The position numbers were made by a program, and so were the translations under genes. From Eledone cirrhosa (Eukaryota): a stretch of DNA of 64,000 bases. Shown here piece by piece: positions 38,963-52,586 of this stretch; position 1 is the stretch's first letter, and each line of letters begins with the position of its first letter. The stretch covers positions 1 through 64,000 of the forward strand of contig CAXHJY010000335.1 of the NCBI GenBank assembly GCA_964016885.1, in the 5' to 3' direction. Below the pieces are notes generated by a model. The model made no database searches. It saw only the letters and a list, made by a program, of their open reading frames with translations, and was not told where the DNA came from.

Positions 38963-39481
38963 TACAGGGTGGGTGGATGGAAACTCCTTATTTAAAATTG
39001 TTAATAACTTTATTAATAATTGGTTGATTTTCATAAAACGTTATATTTTGAACAGTATAATGGTAGAAGTACAGTACAGTTTTTACATAGGCCCCAGTGT
39101 TGTTCACCAGTGTTTGTAAATATCTGGATATATTCTCAACTGACTTCAGGCAGTATGTTGGTCAGCACATAACAAATGGGTTCCTTCCATTGAGTCAGAA
39201 TTTTTGGGTTTGAGCAATAAACTTCTTCCTTCGCCCATCCCCACAGGACAAAATCGCATTGCGTTAAGTCAGGGTTTCTTGCTGGCCATTCATGTATAGC
39301 TTGACAACCCAGCCAACATCCTGGAAATTAGACATTAAGCCGCTCACAGATAGTGCATGCAAAATGAGGAAGGGCCCTGTCTTGCATGAATATGAGGTCT
39401 CTGATGTTGTCCCAAGTGGACACAGTAGACCAACAGTTATAAGTAATTTTCAATAGGGAGTTTCTTCCCACCCACCCTATG
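38963..39481 (-). mobile_element. Internally deleted Tc1/mariner element
   Basis: TIRs CAGGGTGGGTGG..GAAACTCC; minus-strand remnants FMQDRALPHF and WPARNPDLTQCDF. Confidence 0.65.
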
Positions 39482-39539
39482 TATGTATACACACACATAC
39501 ACACACACACACACATATATATATAAGTTCAGGGAGCTA

Positions 39540-40135
39540 CTGCTACTCAACAACAAACGGATTTTCTCTTTAAGTGAAAGGCTGGTTGTACAATGCTTGC
39601 ATGTAAAGTGCAATGCTACATGGAAGTGAGATATGGGTGGTGACTGCAGAGGCTGGAGAGAAATGAATCAAGGATACTCCATTGGATGAGTGATGCTAAT
39701 GTGCATGAAAGACAAAGCACAAAGAAGCTGATAGACAAACTGGGCATAAAAGGAATCAAATGCAGTGTTCAGGAGAGAAGACTGCACTGGAATGGACATA
39801 AGATGCATATGGATGATGATTGTTCGATGAAGAAGTGCATATAAGAGGAATCAAATGTAGTGTGCAAGAGAGAAGATTGCACTGGTGTAGACATGTGATG
39901 TGTGTGGATAATGATCATTGGCTGAAGAAATGCTGAAAGATCCCAGTGGGAGGAAGCTGCAGAAGAAGAAGACCAAGGAAGACTTGGCTAGAAGTTGTGA
40001 GAATTGGATCTCAAAATGCTGAACCCCAGAGAGAAAGTGACAAAGGAATGCAACAAATGGAGGGAAGTGGTGCTGGTGAAAACCTGTCCAATTCATGCAA
40101 AGAAGGAAAGTCGAATACAAGACAGAGATGATGAT
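39540..40135 (+). mobile_element. Old RTE 3' fragment
   Basis: Decayed match to the RTE C-terminus (MLHGSE.W, RRL.W.GH) and its 3' tail. Confidence 0.7.
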
Positions 40136-40573
40136 ACATATGCATAAGGGATAAAGATTCCATAACTCCTTGTGGAGTCATAGCGGCATTCTCAAACAGG
40201 GTATGTAAGGCACTTTTAAACCTGGCGAAGCCCAACTCTCTCCAGGTCTGAACACAGCCGATTTTTTTCTATAGAGGAAGAATCAACCCCAGTACTGGAC
40301 AGGCACTTTTTTTTTATCGACCTCGAAAGCATGAAAGCCATTGACCATGGCGGGATTTGAACTCAGAGCACGCAATGAGGTGGGACGAATACCATAAAGC
40401 ATTTTATCTGATATCTTAACTAGTCTGCCATTTTGCTGCCTAGTAAGCATAAAATATACAAGGTATGATGTTGATGATAATCACATGAGAACTAAAATGG
40501 TCAGGTGAAAATGTTTGAGAAGTTAGAAAGTATAACAAAGTGAATAACAATGATGTTTTGGGTCAAAACTTGC

Positions 40574-40752
40574 CTTTTCTTGTACAATTGAAACAAATGG
40601 TAGAATTAAAATGGCATTTTTCTTCTGGCAAAGTAGCTGACGGAGAATGATGATTTCAGCAACAAGAGTCTTGCCACCACTTGTAGGTAGAGAGTAAATC
40701 AAATTCTTATTGGATGTTAGTGCAGCCAATGATAAACACTCTTCTTGCCAAT
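40574..40752 (-). CDS. HELQ: HELQ coding exon 4 (Q motif, Walker A)
   Basis: (D)[33 protein letters not shown]|gcaagt; SLPTSGGKT matches HELQ rather than POLQ (SAPTSAGKT). Confidence 0.95.
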
Positions 40753-41263
40753 CTAGAATGAGAACATGAAGAAACTGTTACCATATTTCTAATGAAAGAT
40801 ATTGCCTATGATTTTTAAACTCTTTTGAAAATTATCAAGAATTAGGAAGGGTTTAGTAACAAAACTAACTTTTTCATTATTAAGCTGGTGTTTGGAACAT
40901 AAATTAACAAAGGTTCTTACAAAGAATTTTTTTAATCATAAAACCAGAGGTGGTTCCAAGTGTTTTGATATTAAAAATGTTAATGAAAGTTTATGCATTA
41001 TACATTTGATAGGAACATACATATCAACTAATTGCTCAATAGTGAAACAGACACATACATGCAATCATATACATGTGCACACACATACATTATAAAGAGT
41101 CTGGACCCGACTGCTGAGCTCTTGCCATTTCAACAGCTAGTTCCAGCTCAGCCGTCAGTTCCCGACTCTTCATTATATAGCTATACTCTACTATGCAAAG
41201 TATTGAGTACTCTGTTGAGTAATGGTCTAACTAGTTTCAAACGGGTTCTAAACCTGATTTTTA

Positions 41264-42027
41264 CGAGGGCAATCCCAAAAGTAAGTTCTCTAAAGTGATG
41301 GGGAGGCAGAGAAACTGTTTGTACGGCTGTTGGCAACACTGTTGTGATTAGTGCTTCCTTCACTCCCAAACAAGCATGCGCGCGCTTTGCTGGGATGCTC
41401 AATCTTGGCTTGGCAGCCGTTGAGAATGGAGCTCCCGTTGGACGCTACCGCCAAGTGCGAAGTTCGCGCAGTTATTCGGTTTTTGAACGCAAAAAGCGTT
41501 GAACCGATTGAAATTCATCGCCAATTGACGGAAGTGTATGGACAGTCGTGCATGGATGTCAAAAACATTCGCAAGTGGTGTAGAGAGTTTACAGCCGGTA
41601 ATACTGAAATTCACGATGAACAAAGGAGTGAGAGACCGTCAATTTCTGACGAGACAGTTGCAAAGGTTGAGGAAAACTTGCGTAAAGATCAACGGATCAC
41701 TCTGGATGCTCTCTACATTTTGGTTCCTGAAGTTTCCCGAAGCACCATCCACAGGATTTTAACGGAAAAATTGCGACTGTCTCGTCAGAAATTGATGGTC
41801 TCCCACTCCTTTGTTCATTGTGAATTTCAGTACGACTGGTTGTAAACTCTCTATACCAATTACGAACGTTTTTGACATCCATGCACAACTGTCCATACAC
41901 TTCCGTCATTTGGCAATGAATTTCATAGTGAAGGAAGCACCAATCACAACAGTGTTGCCAACAGCTGTACGAACAGTTTCTCTGCGTCCCCATTGCTTTG
42001 GAGACCTTACTTTTGGGATTGCCCTCA
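41264..42027. mobile_element. Fold-back mariner derivative made of two inverted 5' ends
   Basis: TIR CGAGGGCAATCCCAAAAGTAAG with TA flanks; N-terminal HTH transposase segment, followed by an inverted copy of the same 5' part. Confidence 0.85.
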
Positions 42028-42094
42028 TATATATATACATACATGTATGTGTCTTTCTCTCCCTCTCTAAATATGATGATGATGATAATGATGA

Positions 42095-42158
<64 letters not shown>

Positions 42159-42252
42159 TAACGAAGGAAATGTGGTAAGGAACCAGGTGGACCATAACGC
42201 ACCAAAGTACTCAATACTTGAGGTAGTAAAGTGGGTAATAGGAACCAGTAAG

Positions 42253-42346
42253 ACCCCGACAGCTGAGCTCCAGCCGTTTCGACGGCTAATTCTGGACTAA
42301 ATGAAAATTTATCCTGGTATTTAAATAGCCGATCTTCTCAAGGGGT
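42253..42346 (-). ncRNA. Type I hammerhead ribozyme (U3/A8 core variant), sense to HELQ pre-mRNA
   Basis: Exact reverse complement of the 44540-44633 motif; predicted cut between 42258 and 42257. Confidence 0.8.
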
Positions 42347-44539
42347 AATTCCATATATGGTCAAAGTGATTGTCAAAAATCAGTAGTAATTCTGTGGTTG
42401 CAAATTAGTAGGGGAGATGGTGGCTAAACCTGCCAGTAGGAGAAAGAGGGGAGGGGGTGGAGTAGACCCAATCAAGCGTTGGTAGTGCCAGCTACAGCTG
42501 GGCATGAGGTCAAAGAAGATACAGGGGAGGGGGAGGGGGAGGAAGTCGGAACGGTAGGTAGAACAATGGGGGGTAGAAATAAAGGAAAGAAAAAATACTG
42601 AGAGTGAAGAAAAGCAAATAAGTGTAAAGAAAAAAGTAAAGTAAATTAAATTCTACGACCTAGGTGTCAGGCTATTGTTAGGCGAGAATAAAATAAAGAA
42701 AGAAAGAAAGAAGTAAAGAAAAAAATAAATAAAGAAATAACGAAATAAGTAAAAGAACTAGGTGGGACGGAATAGGCAAGGACCCTTTTAAGAGGTATAA
42801 GTACGTAAATGATACGGTGACGGGTCAACAAAAGGGGCCAAAATACTAAAGAGACTACCACGAAATAAACAATAAAGGTTCCCATCCCGGGCCAGCAACG
42901 ACCCAGTGCAGCAAAGTGAACTTGTACAAGATAATAATTCTGAGTCCCGAGAAAAATATATACTAATGCTAACTCTAAAAGATCTAAAACAAGCTACAAG
43001 AAAGTTCGTACGAAAAAAAGGTAGAATACGGAGAAATAAATTCAGAATCCACCCCGCCCAGAAGAAAAGCGAAGCAAGAAATACTGAAACGAAAGATAAG
43101 GCATAAGTGCCACTAAGAAATATAGAGGGCACAGAGAATAGTGGGAGCGGTTGGAAAAAGGGGGCAAGTATCCGGGGTCTAAGCCAACTGCTATAAAGGG
43201 CGGAGTCCGCCAAATCTATCATAGACTAGGGGAGGGGGTGGTGGGGGTACTAAGGCTACATGGGGCCAAAGGGCAGCCTCGGGTGGGCGAGAAAAGACGC
43301 CGACAAAGGAGAAGAGCTGGGGTAGAAGGACTAAGGAGAGAGGGGGGGGGGAAGGAAATAAAGGAAGCGATAAAAGAATACAAAGAAGATCTTACGTCTT
43401 CCTTGGCAAGCAGGGGTTACCCATTGCAAAATCGGCAAGTGGGGTGTTATAGCCCTAGTCTACCCCCCCGGGTCATTATGGGGTTTGAGGGCGAGGTAAG
43501 TCCTACGCAATCTATGTTTACATGCAGTAACCAGTTCATCTTTCTTGTTTAGGAGTTGGTCCGTCGGAAACAGCATTTGTAAAGTTTCCTCCGAGCATAA
43601 ATTGCACGGACGGCGTCCTCCCATGTAAGAATTGGCTCTGAACAGTAATCTCCAAGTGAGATCATAGGTGATGTTGTTGTCCTTGAGGTCCCATATGTGG
43701 CCCGAAAGTGTAGTGGCGTGACGCCGGGCCGGGTTTCGGAAGGTATGTCTATGTTGGTATAGCCGGGTCTTGAAGTCACATGCGGTAAGTCTTGAAGGCG
43801 TGACGCCGGGCCGGGTTTCGGAAGGTATGTCTATGTTGGTATAGCCGGGTCTTGAAGTCACATGCGGTAAGTTCGTACAAACTTTCTTGTAGCTTGTTTT
43901 AGATCTTTTAGAGTTAGCATTAGTATATATTTTTCTCGGGACTCAGAATTATTATCTTGTACAAGTTCACTTTGCTGCACTGGGTCGTTGCTGGCCCGGG
44001 ATGGGAACCTTTATTGTTTATTTCGTGGTAGTCTCTTTAGTATTTTGGCCCCTTTTGTTGACCCGTCACCGTATCATTTACGTACTTATACCTCTTAAAA
44101 GGGTCCTTGCCTATTCCGTCCCACCTAGTTCTTTTACTTATTTCGTTATTTCTTTATTTATTTTTTTCTTTACTTCTTTCTTTCTTTCTTTATTTTATTC
44201 TAGCCTAACAATAGCCTGAGACCTAGGTCGTAGAATTTAATTTACTTTACTTTTTTCTTTACACTTATTTGCTTTTCTTCACTCTCAGTATTTTTTCTTT
44301 CCTTTATTTCTACCCCCCATTGTTCTACCTACCGTTCCGACTTCCTCCCCCTCCCCCTCCCCTGTATCTTCTTTGACCTCATGCCCAGCTGTAGCTGGCA
44401 CTACCAACGCTTGATTGGGTCTACTCCACCCCCTCCCCTCTTTCTCCTACTGGCAGGTTTAGCCACCATCTCCCCTACTAATTTGCAACCACAGAATTAC
44501 TACTGATTTTTGACAATCACTTTGACCATATATGGAATT

Positions 44540-44633
44540 ACCCCTTGAGAAGATCGGCTATTTAAATACCAGGATAAATTTTCATTTAGTCCAGAATTAG
44601 CCGTCGAAACGGCTGGAGCTCAGCTGTCGGGGT
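44540..44633 (+). ncRNA. Type I hammerhead ribozyme (U3/A8 core variant)
   Basis: Stem I ACCCC/GGGGT; core TTGAGAA; stem II GA(T)CGGCTA..TAGCCGTC; GAAA; stem III ACGGCTG/CAGCTGT; GTC cleavage triplet at 44626-44628. Confidence 0.8.
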
Positions 44634-44866
44634 CTTACTGGTTCATATATACATATATATATATATATTCATGTAAAGAAAAACAAATGTACGAAAGAGA
44701 GAGAGAGCACAACTCTGAAAATTTCTGTTGCAGAAAGAAAAATGTTTGGAGGGAAAGAATCTCCATGCATCATTAGTAGGGAGACTGGGTTAATATTTGT
44801 GGAGTTTTTATTCACACACCATAATATTGCGAGGATTGGGGTTAATAGTATTGGGTCTTAACTTAC

Positions 44867-45182
44867 CATAGAGTTTTTTTATGCCTCTCTGTTTCTCGAA
44901 GAGTTCTTTGACTTTGGAAGGGAGGCCATAAAATGGTCCTATATCAAAGTTATTATAGCCTGCATCTTTCTCTTTCTGCACAATTTCAAGGTCAGCTTTT
45001 GCTTCTGCCAGCTTATCCTGCTGTATTTTCTCAATATGTTTACCAATGTTCTGTGAAATGTGTCCTTGAGCATTTTGAAACAGGCACTTATGTATGCGTT
45101 TCTTTAAGAAAGATGTGTTTGTAGTCTTTGCCTTTGAAGGTTTCAAATCTGTTTTGTCTTCTTTACAGAAAACAGTTTCTTC
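44867..45182 (-). CDS. HELQ: HELQ coding exon 3
   Basis: tttag|EETVFC..IGPFYGLPSKVKELFEKQRGIKKLY|gtaagt; 316 nt, phase 0-1. Confidence 0.92.
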
Positions 45183-45750
45183 CTAAACAATTTGAAAATG
45201 AAACAATATAAATTTTAATAAAAACAAAAAGAAAAGCAACTTGATCATCAGATTGGATCATAGAAACTATGTTTCTATTGCTGATACTATCTGCGTGGAA
45301 AGCTCACCCACTTGCACATTAATTCATAAGTAGACTGTTCTATTGATAAAAAACTAGAACACGCATTGTGAAAACCGATGGAGATCCATTCCACTCCATC
45401 TTGCTTATAATACGTACATCTAAGGGTTTGAATACAACATAATGGATATATAAGAGAGGAGTCGATCGACTTTCGTCAAATCGGACCAAGGAAACAATGT
45501 TTCTGTTGGTCTTCCTAATTGCTAATACTATCTATCGGTCGCAACTTCAGGTAGAAGGAGCAACGTGAAATAAAGTGTCTGGCTCAAGGACATAACGCAT
45601 CGCCCGGTCTGGGAATCGAACTGACAACCTCATGACCGCGGATCCAGTTATCTAACCAATTAGCCACATGCCTTCACTGGATATATGAAAGTCACAATAA
45701 TTTTACATCATATCATGTAATACACACATTTCATAGAAAAATTCCCTTAC

Positions 45751-46422
45751 CTGTAAAGAACTTTTTACCTGTTTCTCTTGATTTTGGGGATCATTCTGAG
45801 ATTTCTTCTTCTCAATTTCAAAATCATTGTTTTCAAAGATGGAATCCAAAATTGGCGAAATTGTGGATGAAAAAATATCACATGTAGAAATATTACTACG
45901 GTGAGGTGAATGGCAGTGGACATCTATTTTCTCTTTATTACACTGAGAAACATTGTGGGTAGGTGAATGGCAATTGGCATTGACTCTCTCTTTAGAATCC
46001 TTTCTTTGGGAAGGACTGTTGTATTCTGAGACTTTCTCACTGTTGGACTTAGCTGAATGTTTCTCTGATTTGGCAGGTGGAGAAAGACTGAAAAGTTCAG
46101 TGGAATAAGATTTGGCAGTGTCAGAAAAATGCAGACCAGAAAAGAGATCAATACTTTGAGGCTGAACAATAATTTCATCTGGTGGGGTCTCATAGAATTT
46201 AGTGTCAGTTTTCTGTTTTTGAAATTCTTTAGTTTTGTTACTGGAGCAAATTTTCTCCTGATGAACAGTATGAGGGGAATGTGTGAGCTGAGCAGTTTGT
46301 GGACAACTCTGTTGCTTATCATACTGTGTAGTAATTTCAGTAATATTAAGATCTGCGAGATCAGCATCACTATTCTCAAATAAATCTTCATCATCACTAC
46401 AAAAAGAATCTAATAAAATATC
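45751..46422 (-). CDS. HELQ: HELQ coding exon 2 (low-complexity N-terminal region)
   Basis: tttcag|[20 protein letters not shown]|gtaag; 672 nt open frame, phase 0-0. Confidence 0.8.
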
Positions 46423-46455
46423 CTGAAAAATAAAAAAAAATAAAAATATATATAA

Positions 46456-47245
<790 letters not shown>

Positions 47246-47907
47246 CATCATCATCATCATCATCATTTTATGTCCGCTTTCCTCTGCTTGCAAGGGTGGG
47301 ATGGGAACTGATTCTGGCTTGATTTCTACAGCTGGATGCCCTTCCTAACACCAACCTCATTTACAGGGAGTGCTGGGTGCTTTTTTTTTGCCGTGGCACC
47401 TCCATGACCACTTTGCAGTGGAATGATATGGACCCCAGTCCTATCATCTCATTTCTACAGCTGAGTAAACTGGAGCAATGCGAAATAAAGTGTCTTGCTC
47501 AAGGAAATAACACATCACCTGGTCTGAGAATTGAACTCACAACCTTTCGATTGCAAGGCCAATGAAAGGTTGTGAGTTCAATTCTTAGACCGGGTGATGT
47601 GTTGTTTCCTTGAGCAATATATATATACATACATATATACATCATCATCATAATTTTACGTCCGCTTTTCCCTGCTTGCAAGGGTATATATACATACACA
47701 TAAACATATATATATATACACATATATATATATATCTTTATATATATATATAACATCTTTTTGAAGTGAACTGAGAAAGTTTTTCATAGAGCTAAGTGTA
47801 TGATGTATATATATATACATATATGATGATATATATATATATATGCCTATATATTTGCTTGCATAGGTATCCATCTGTATATATATGTTGGTAGATATAC
47901 TAATTCT

Positions 47908-47969
<62 letters not shown>

Positions 47970-48370
47970 CATAGCACTTAGCTCTATGAAGTTCACTTCA
48001 AAAAGATGTTAAATTTGTACTTTACAAAATAGTTAGATGCTTTTCTTACCCACTTTATTATTGAGCATGCCATATATATATATATACCTACCTGCTTATG
48101 ACACCCTTAAAATGATAACAAAAACAAAGCAACACATTACCACTGTCATTGAGGAGAAAACAGGCTCACTCCTCACAGACAAGTCTGCTGTTATCAGATT
48201 GTCTGAGTATTGCAAACACTTTTATAACCACAAACACAGACATGACAGCAGCATCCTGGCTAATTCCACCAACTGTAATAGAGAACTGGAGGTACCCCAA
48301 TTTTCTAGGAGGTAGTTAAAGAAGCATGCTTAGAGATACAAAAATGAAAATACTTTTTTTAAAGAAATAC

Positions 48371-48709
48371 CTTAGATAAAGGAGTTGAGGACTCATTTTT
48401 CACCAATTCTGTTGTCAAGTAATCAGGTGTTTTCATTGGAGATGTCAGCTGTTTGGGATTTGGGGGATTAGGCTTGTTGGCAGAATCTCCCTCTGTAAAT
48501 GTGCAATGGAACCAAGTGGGTTTTTTTCCTGAGGGAATCTTTGAAGGTGAAACTTTGCTGGAACCTTCTGGGGGGTTGTTTCCAGTGGGATCAACATCAA
48601 TCTTCCTTCTGCTAGCAGATGGATAGTCAAAACTAAAGTGAGACAATGTCCTTTTGTGTACCTTAGTTTTGCGACAGGGACCTTTCTCAACATTATCACC
48701 ATCATTCAT
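48371..48709 (-). CDS. HELQ: HELQ first coding exon (exon begins 48775)
   Basis: tttcag| acceptor at 48776-48778; ATG 48709 preceded by in-frame TAG; 339 nt ending AAG|gtattt; weak sequence conservation, assigned by phase and position. Confidence 0.7.
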
Positions 48710-49943
48710 AGCAGTCCCCTACGTTGAGTGCATGAAGTAACAACAGTAGCAGCAGTAGGAGCAGGCTGGAGCCAACTGAAATAAGTTACAAACACATATG
48801 AGCTAAAACATACAACAAAATATATTCTATAAGACATTAGAATGAAGGAAAATAGAAAGGCTTTGTAAGGGGCATTTATAGTATGTAGAGCTGCTATAGA
48901 TATTTTATGAGGCAATCACACACACACTAACAAATACACAAACACATACAAACATACACATTCATACAACTTCTGCTAAAATACCTGTCCAAAACCCAGT
49001 CATAAATATTTTCTCCAATTAGGAATTGCAGAAAAAAATCAATATAATCATAAAAATGTTTCTCTGTAAAATTCAATTACTAAATATACATTATTCTAAA
49101 ATATACAAGGAAACATGGTGTGGGCAATAAATTGCAGTTATGTCCCAATGTACTTTAAGTGGTTTTAATACCTCCCAGTCCTTGAGTATCTGTAACCCTA
49201 CACCCTAACCCTCGGGAACCTTTAATATCTCCCCTAGTCCTTGGGTGCATTTAACATACCCTGGTCCTTAGATGCCGCTAACACCCATCTGTCTTTCAGG
49301 TGTCTTTAACACCTCTCCCAGCCCTCGGGTACCTTTAAAATCATCGCCAGGTCCATGGGTACCTTTAACACTTCCACTGGCCCTTTGTTACTTTTACCAA
49401 AGTCCACGCCGTCGCCAGGTGATTGTGTTATAGGACACCAAGGACCAGGTGGTGGTGTTACAGGTAACCAAGGAACAGGTGATTGTGTTCAAGATACCCA
49501 GGGACCAGATAATGGTGTTCAAGTCACCCAAGAACTAAGTGAAGGAAGTGTTTCAACTTAGTAACAGATCAAGTCTGAAATTAGGCGGTGAATTAACAGA
49601 GTCGTTAGAACTTCAGATAAATGCTTTGTGGCATTCCTTATAGATCACTGCAATCTGAATTCAAATCCCGCCGAGGTCAACTTTACCTTTCATCCTTTCT
49701 TCTTTCGCTATATCTCTTTATAACTCTTCTCTTGTAAAAATCGGCTGTTCTGACCCGGGGAGGGGATAGGCTCCGCCATGTTTAAAAAACGCCCAAGAAA
49801 CGTCGTAAGTCACTACGGCCACTCTACGGCTCCATCAAGACTTGCGGGTCCATACATACAAGTCCGAAATATTGAACAAAGGCACACAAAAACTTCAAGG
49901 AATAAAAATATGAAAAGTTGAGAAGATATTTTGAAAAACTGAC

Positions 49944-50030
49944 CTTTTAAAAGTTAAAATTTATAGTTTGAAATATTTGCTGATCTTGACAACAAAAGAT
50001 TTGAATAGGAAATATTTCTTTGTTGTTAAT
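49944..50030 (-). other. Possible non-coding 5' exon of HELQ
   Basis: AAG|GTCAGT donor at 49943; the acceptor at 48776 requires an upstream exon; 5' boundary unknown. Confidence 0.3.
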
Positions 50031-50395
50031 TAAACAAATTGCACACAGTCCCTTATATCAACGGCAGCATGCTCATTGCATTATTACTGAATACAGTTTT
50101 ATATGATTTTGACACTAAGTCAGGCTAATATGATATTTATGATATGATATGATATTTACATGTGTGCTGTATTTACAAACTCCACAAAGCGGTGTAACAA
50201 TGAAATATTATTCCTAATGTGTAAAACCGGTGTTAAGTAATATGATGTGATATTTTCATTTATTTCCACCTGTGACTATCTCTCTCATGATGAAGTGCTC
50301 TAAATCTATATAGAAGATACACCAAGACAGATTTACACGATAGATTACATATGCGTGTGAAAGAAATTTCACGTTGTGGAAAGGGGATGGTAAAA

Positions 50396-50426
<31 letters not shown>

Positions 50427-50532
50427 TGAGTGAGAGAGAAAAAGAAAGAGAGAACGGTGGTGGCGGTGAACAACAACGAACGCTGATTTTTTTGTCATCG
50501 TTTTTCTTACGTCTTTATGGAAAGGGTGGTAA

Positions 50533-50580
<48 letters not shown>

Positions 50581-50585
<5 letters not shown>

Positions 50586-51295
50586 CATTGCCATGGAGAA
50601 TGGTCACCGACACCCGCTGCAACAACCACCCTACCTCATGGGGCTCTTTCCTCAGACGGGCTGTTACATTTCTGATTTTGCGGAGGAAATCGGCAGTGCA
50701 GGGAAGGTGGCCGGTGCGAAAAGGAAGCGGTCGGGGCAAGCCCTGGCATTTGTTTATCTTCGTTTCCTCTGCATTGCGGATAGTGGTGCCTGGGTTTGCT
50801 ACCGAAGTGACTAAGTTGGGGACAGACAACAAGTTGCAAAGCATCGCGTCCCAGATTAGGGATTTACCTCACTCGAATAGGAAGGCACGTACCACACGTA
50901 ATCTACACGGCAAAGATGCTTAGTGGTATATTTAATGATCACAGAAATGACTGAAATACGGTTAACCCGAAAGATCTCTGGAGTAACGTTAATCGATTGG
51001 GTGCGAAGCTCAGAGATCAGTAGCGCCATTACCTCTTTAAATTGAGAGATCACAGCTCCGAATGTCTAAGGAAAGAATCGTTGGACAGATTTTACTTTGA
51101 AAACCAACCGACAGGAGACCCAGGGGTACCTCGAACAAGATAGTTTTATAACATTCATGAACTCGGCTGGTCTCGCTTGGGGATGATGCCGGATCAATTA
51201 GAAACGGTTGCGTCTGACAAGACCCTTTGGAAGGCGCGCTTGAGGACTTTATCTCTACGACCCTCCCAGGAATAAGTGTGTAAAGAAGAGTAGGA
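50581..51295 (+). mobile_element. Internally deleted RTE (Expander/Rex3-like) remnant
   Basis: Ends WSRLGMMPDQLETVASDKTLWKARLRTLSLRPSQE*, resembling an RTE C-terminus; GC-rich 5' part. Confidence 0.5.
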
Positions 51296-51843
51296 AATTA
51301 TTATATATTTATCTTAATTATAGAATTTTGTATAAAACTGTGACTCTTTAAGGGTCACTAGTATATTCCCCTGATGTTTGCACCCTACTTAGTCAACTTT
51401 TAAGGTTGAGCAATGTGTTTCTCTGGGGTCTGCGCCTGCCTAATTGACCTAATGGTAACGACGAACTGATATACCATAAATACATCACAATAAAAATAAA
51501 AAATATTCAAGATTTAAAAATCAAGGGAAACTACTCTTGTAAAAATAATACATGAGTAGTTTTCCTTAGTTTCTAAACGAGGAAAATATTTTCTTAGACT
51601 TATTTGTCTCCCTTGCATCCGAAAGGTTTTAGACTTTTATTCTTATGGGATCGATAAAATAAAGTACAAGTAACACGCAAAAGTCGATTGAATCAACATT
51701 TTCCACCAGAAAATTGTTGGCCTTGTGTCTAAATCAGAAGCCATTATTGTTATTATTAGTTCTTCACGTATTTCGATTCTATCGGAAGGTGTTTATAGCA
51801 TAAGAAGTCCTAGAATAAACCAAAGCGGATCAACAACATTACT

Positions 51844-51845
<2 letters not shown>

Positions 51846-51882
<37 letters not shown>

Positions 51883-52096
51883 GCAGCACGACCACAACCA
51901 CTACCATCACCACCACCACCACCACCACCACCACCACGAACACCAACAACAGTAACAACAACGACAACACCACCACCACGAACAACAACAACAGTAACAA
52001 CGACAACACGCCACCAACACCACTATCACCACCACCAACAACAGCAGTGACACCATCACCACCACCACTAACAACAACAACATCAGCATCAGCAGT
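51846..52096. repeat. Compound (CAG)n/(CAC)n/(CAA)n trinucleotide repeat
   Basis: Seen directly. Confidence 0.9.
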
Positions 52097-52586
52097 AACG
52101 AAAGTTTAGAAAACTGAGCAGCCAGGTTTAAGCTATCGTGCGCATGCGTGGCTCCCTTTTTCAAAGAAAAGAGATTGACAGAGTTTAAAGAAAGAGGAAA
52201 TAGAATGGCTCGAGGATGGGGTGGGGGTATGTGAGAGGAGGCGGATGTTAGCAATCAGACGATTGATTGCTTGGCATTGATACCTGGGAAACCAGCTGCC
52301 ACACTAACATACAGCTGCACTATCACACACATAGTAACACACACAGTAACACACACAGTGACGCACACAATGACATACACAATGAGACACACAGTGACAC
52401 AGAGAGTGACAAAAGCATTCATAAATACACAGATACTTAATGGCACATACAGACACAGCCACACTGCCTCAGAGTCATACTATCATACATACACACACAA
52501 TTAAATACATGCATACATACATACATACATACATACATACATACATACATACATACATACATACATACATACATACATACATACAT

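Larger units (their letters stand above)
42160..44644 (-). mobile_element. Penelope-like element, 5'-truncated, with inverted pseudo-LTR
   Basis: GIY-YIG C-terminal region FKTRLYQH..LS.HIW..CNLC..LLNK..EL..C.H (43460-43790); inverted arms 42242-43014 and 43872-44644; (TA)n flanks. Confidence 0.85.

Noticed and set aside
40574-40752. POLQ instead of HELQ
   Set aside because: [17 protein letters not shown] and the long N-terminal extension fit HELQ
49700-49785. AAACATGGCGG as YY1 site or HELQ start codon
   Set aside because: It lies in a SINE tail also seen near 205-280 and 40215-40290, and the frame stops after about 23 codons
50581-50760. Possible HDV-like ribozyme in the GC-rich 5' part of the RTE remnant
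   Set aside because: I could not assign the nested double-pseudoknot pairings by eye
51725-52254. Poly-Ala/His/Gln ORF
   Set aside because: Trinucleotide repeats without domain or splice context
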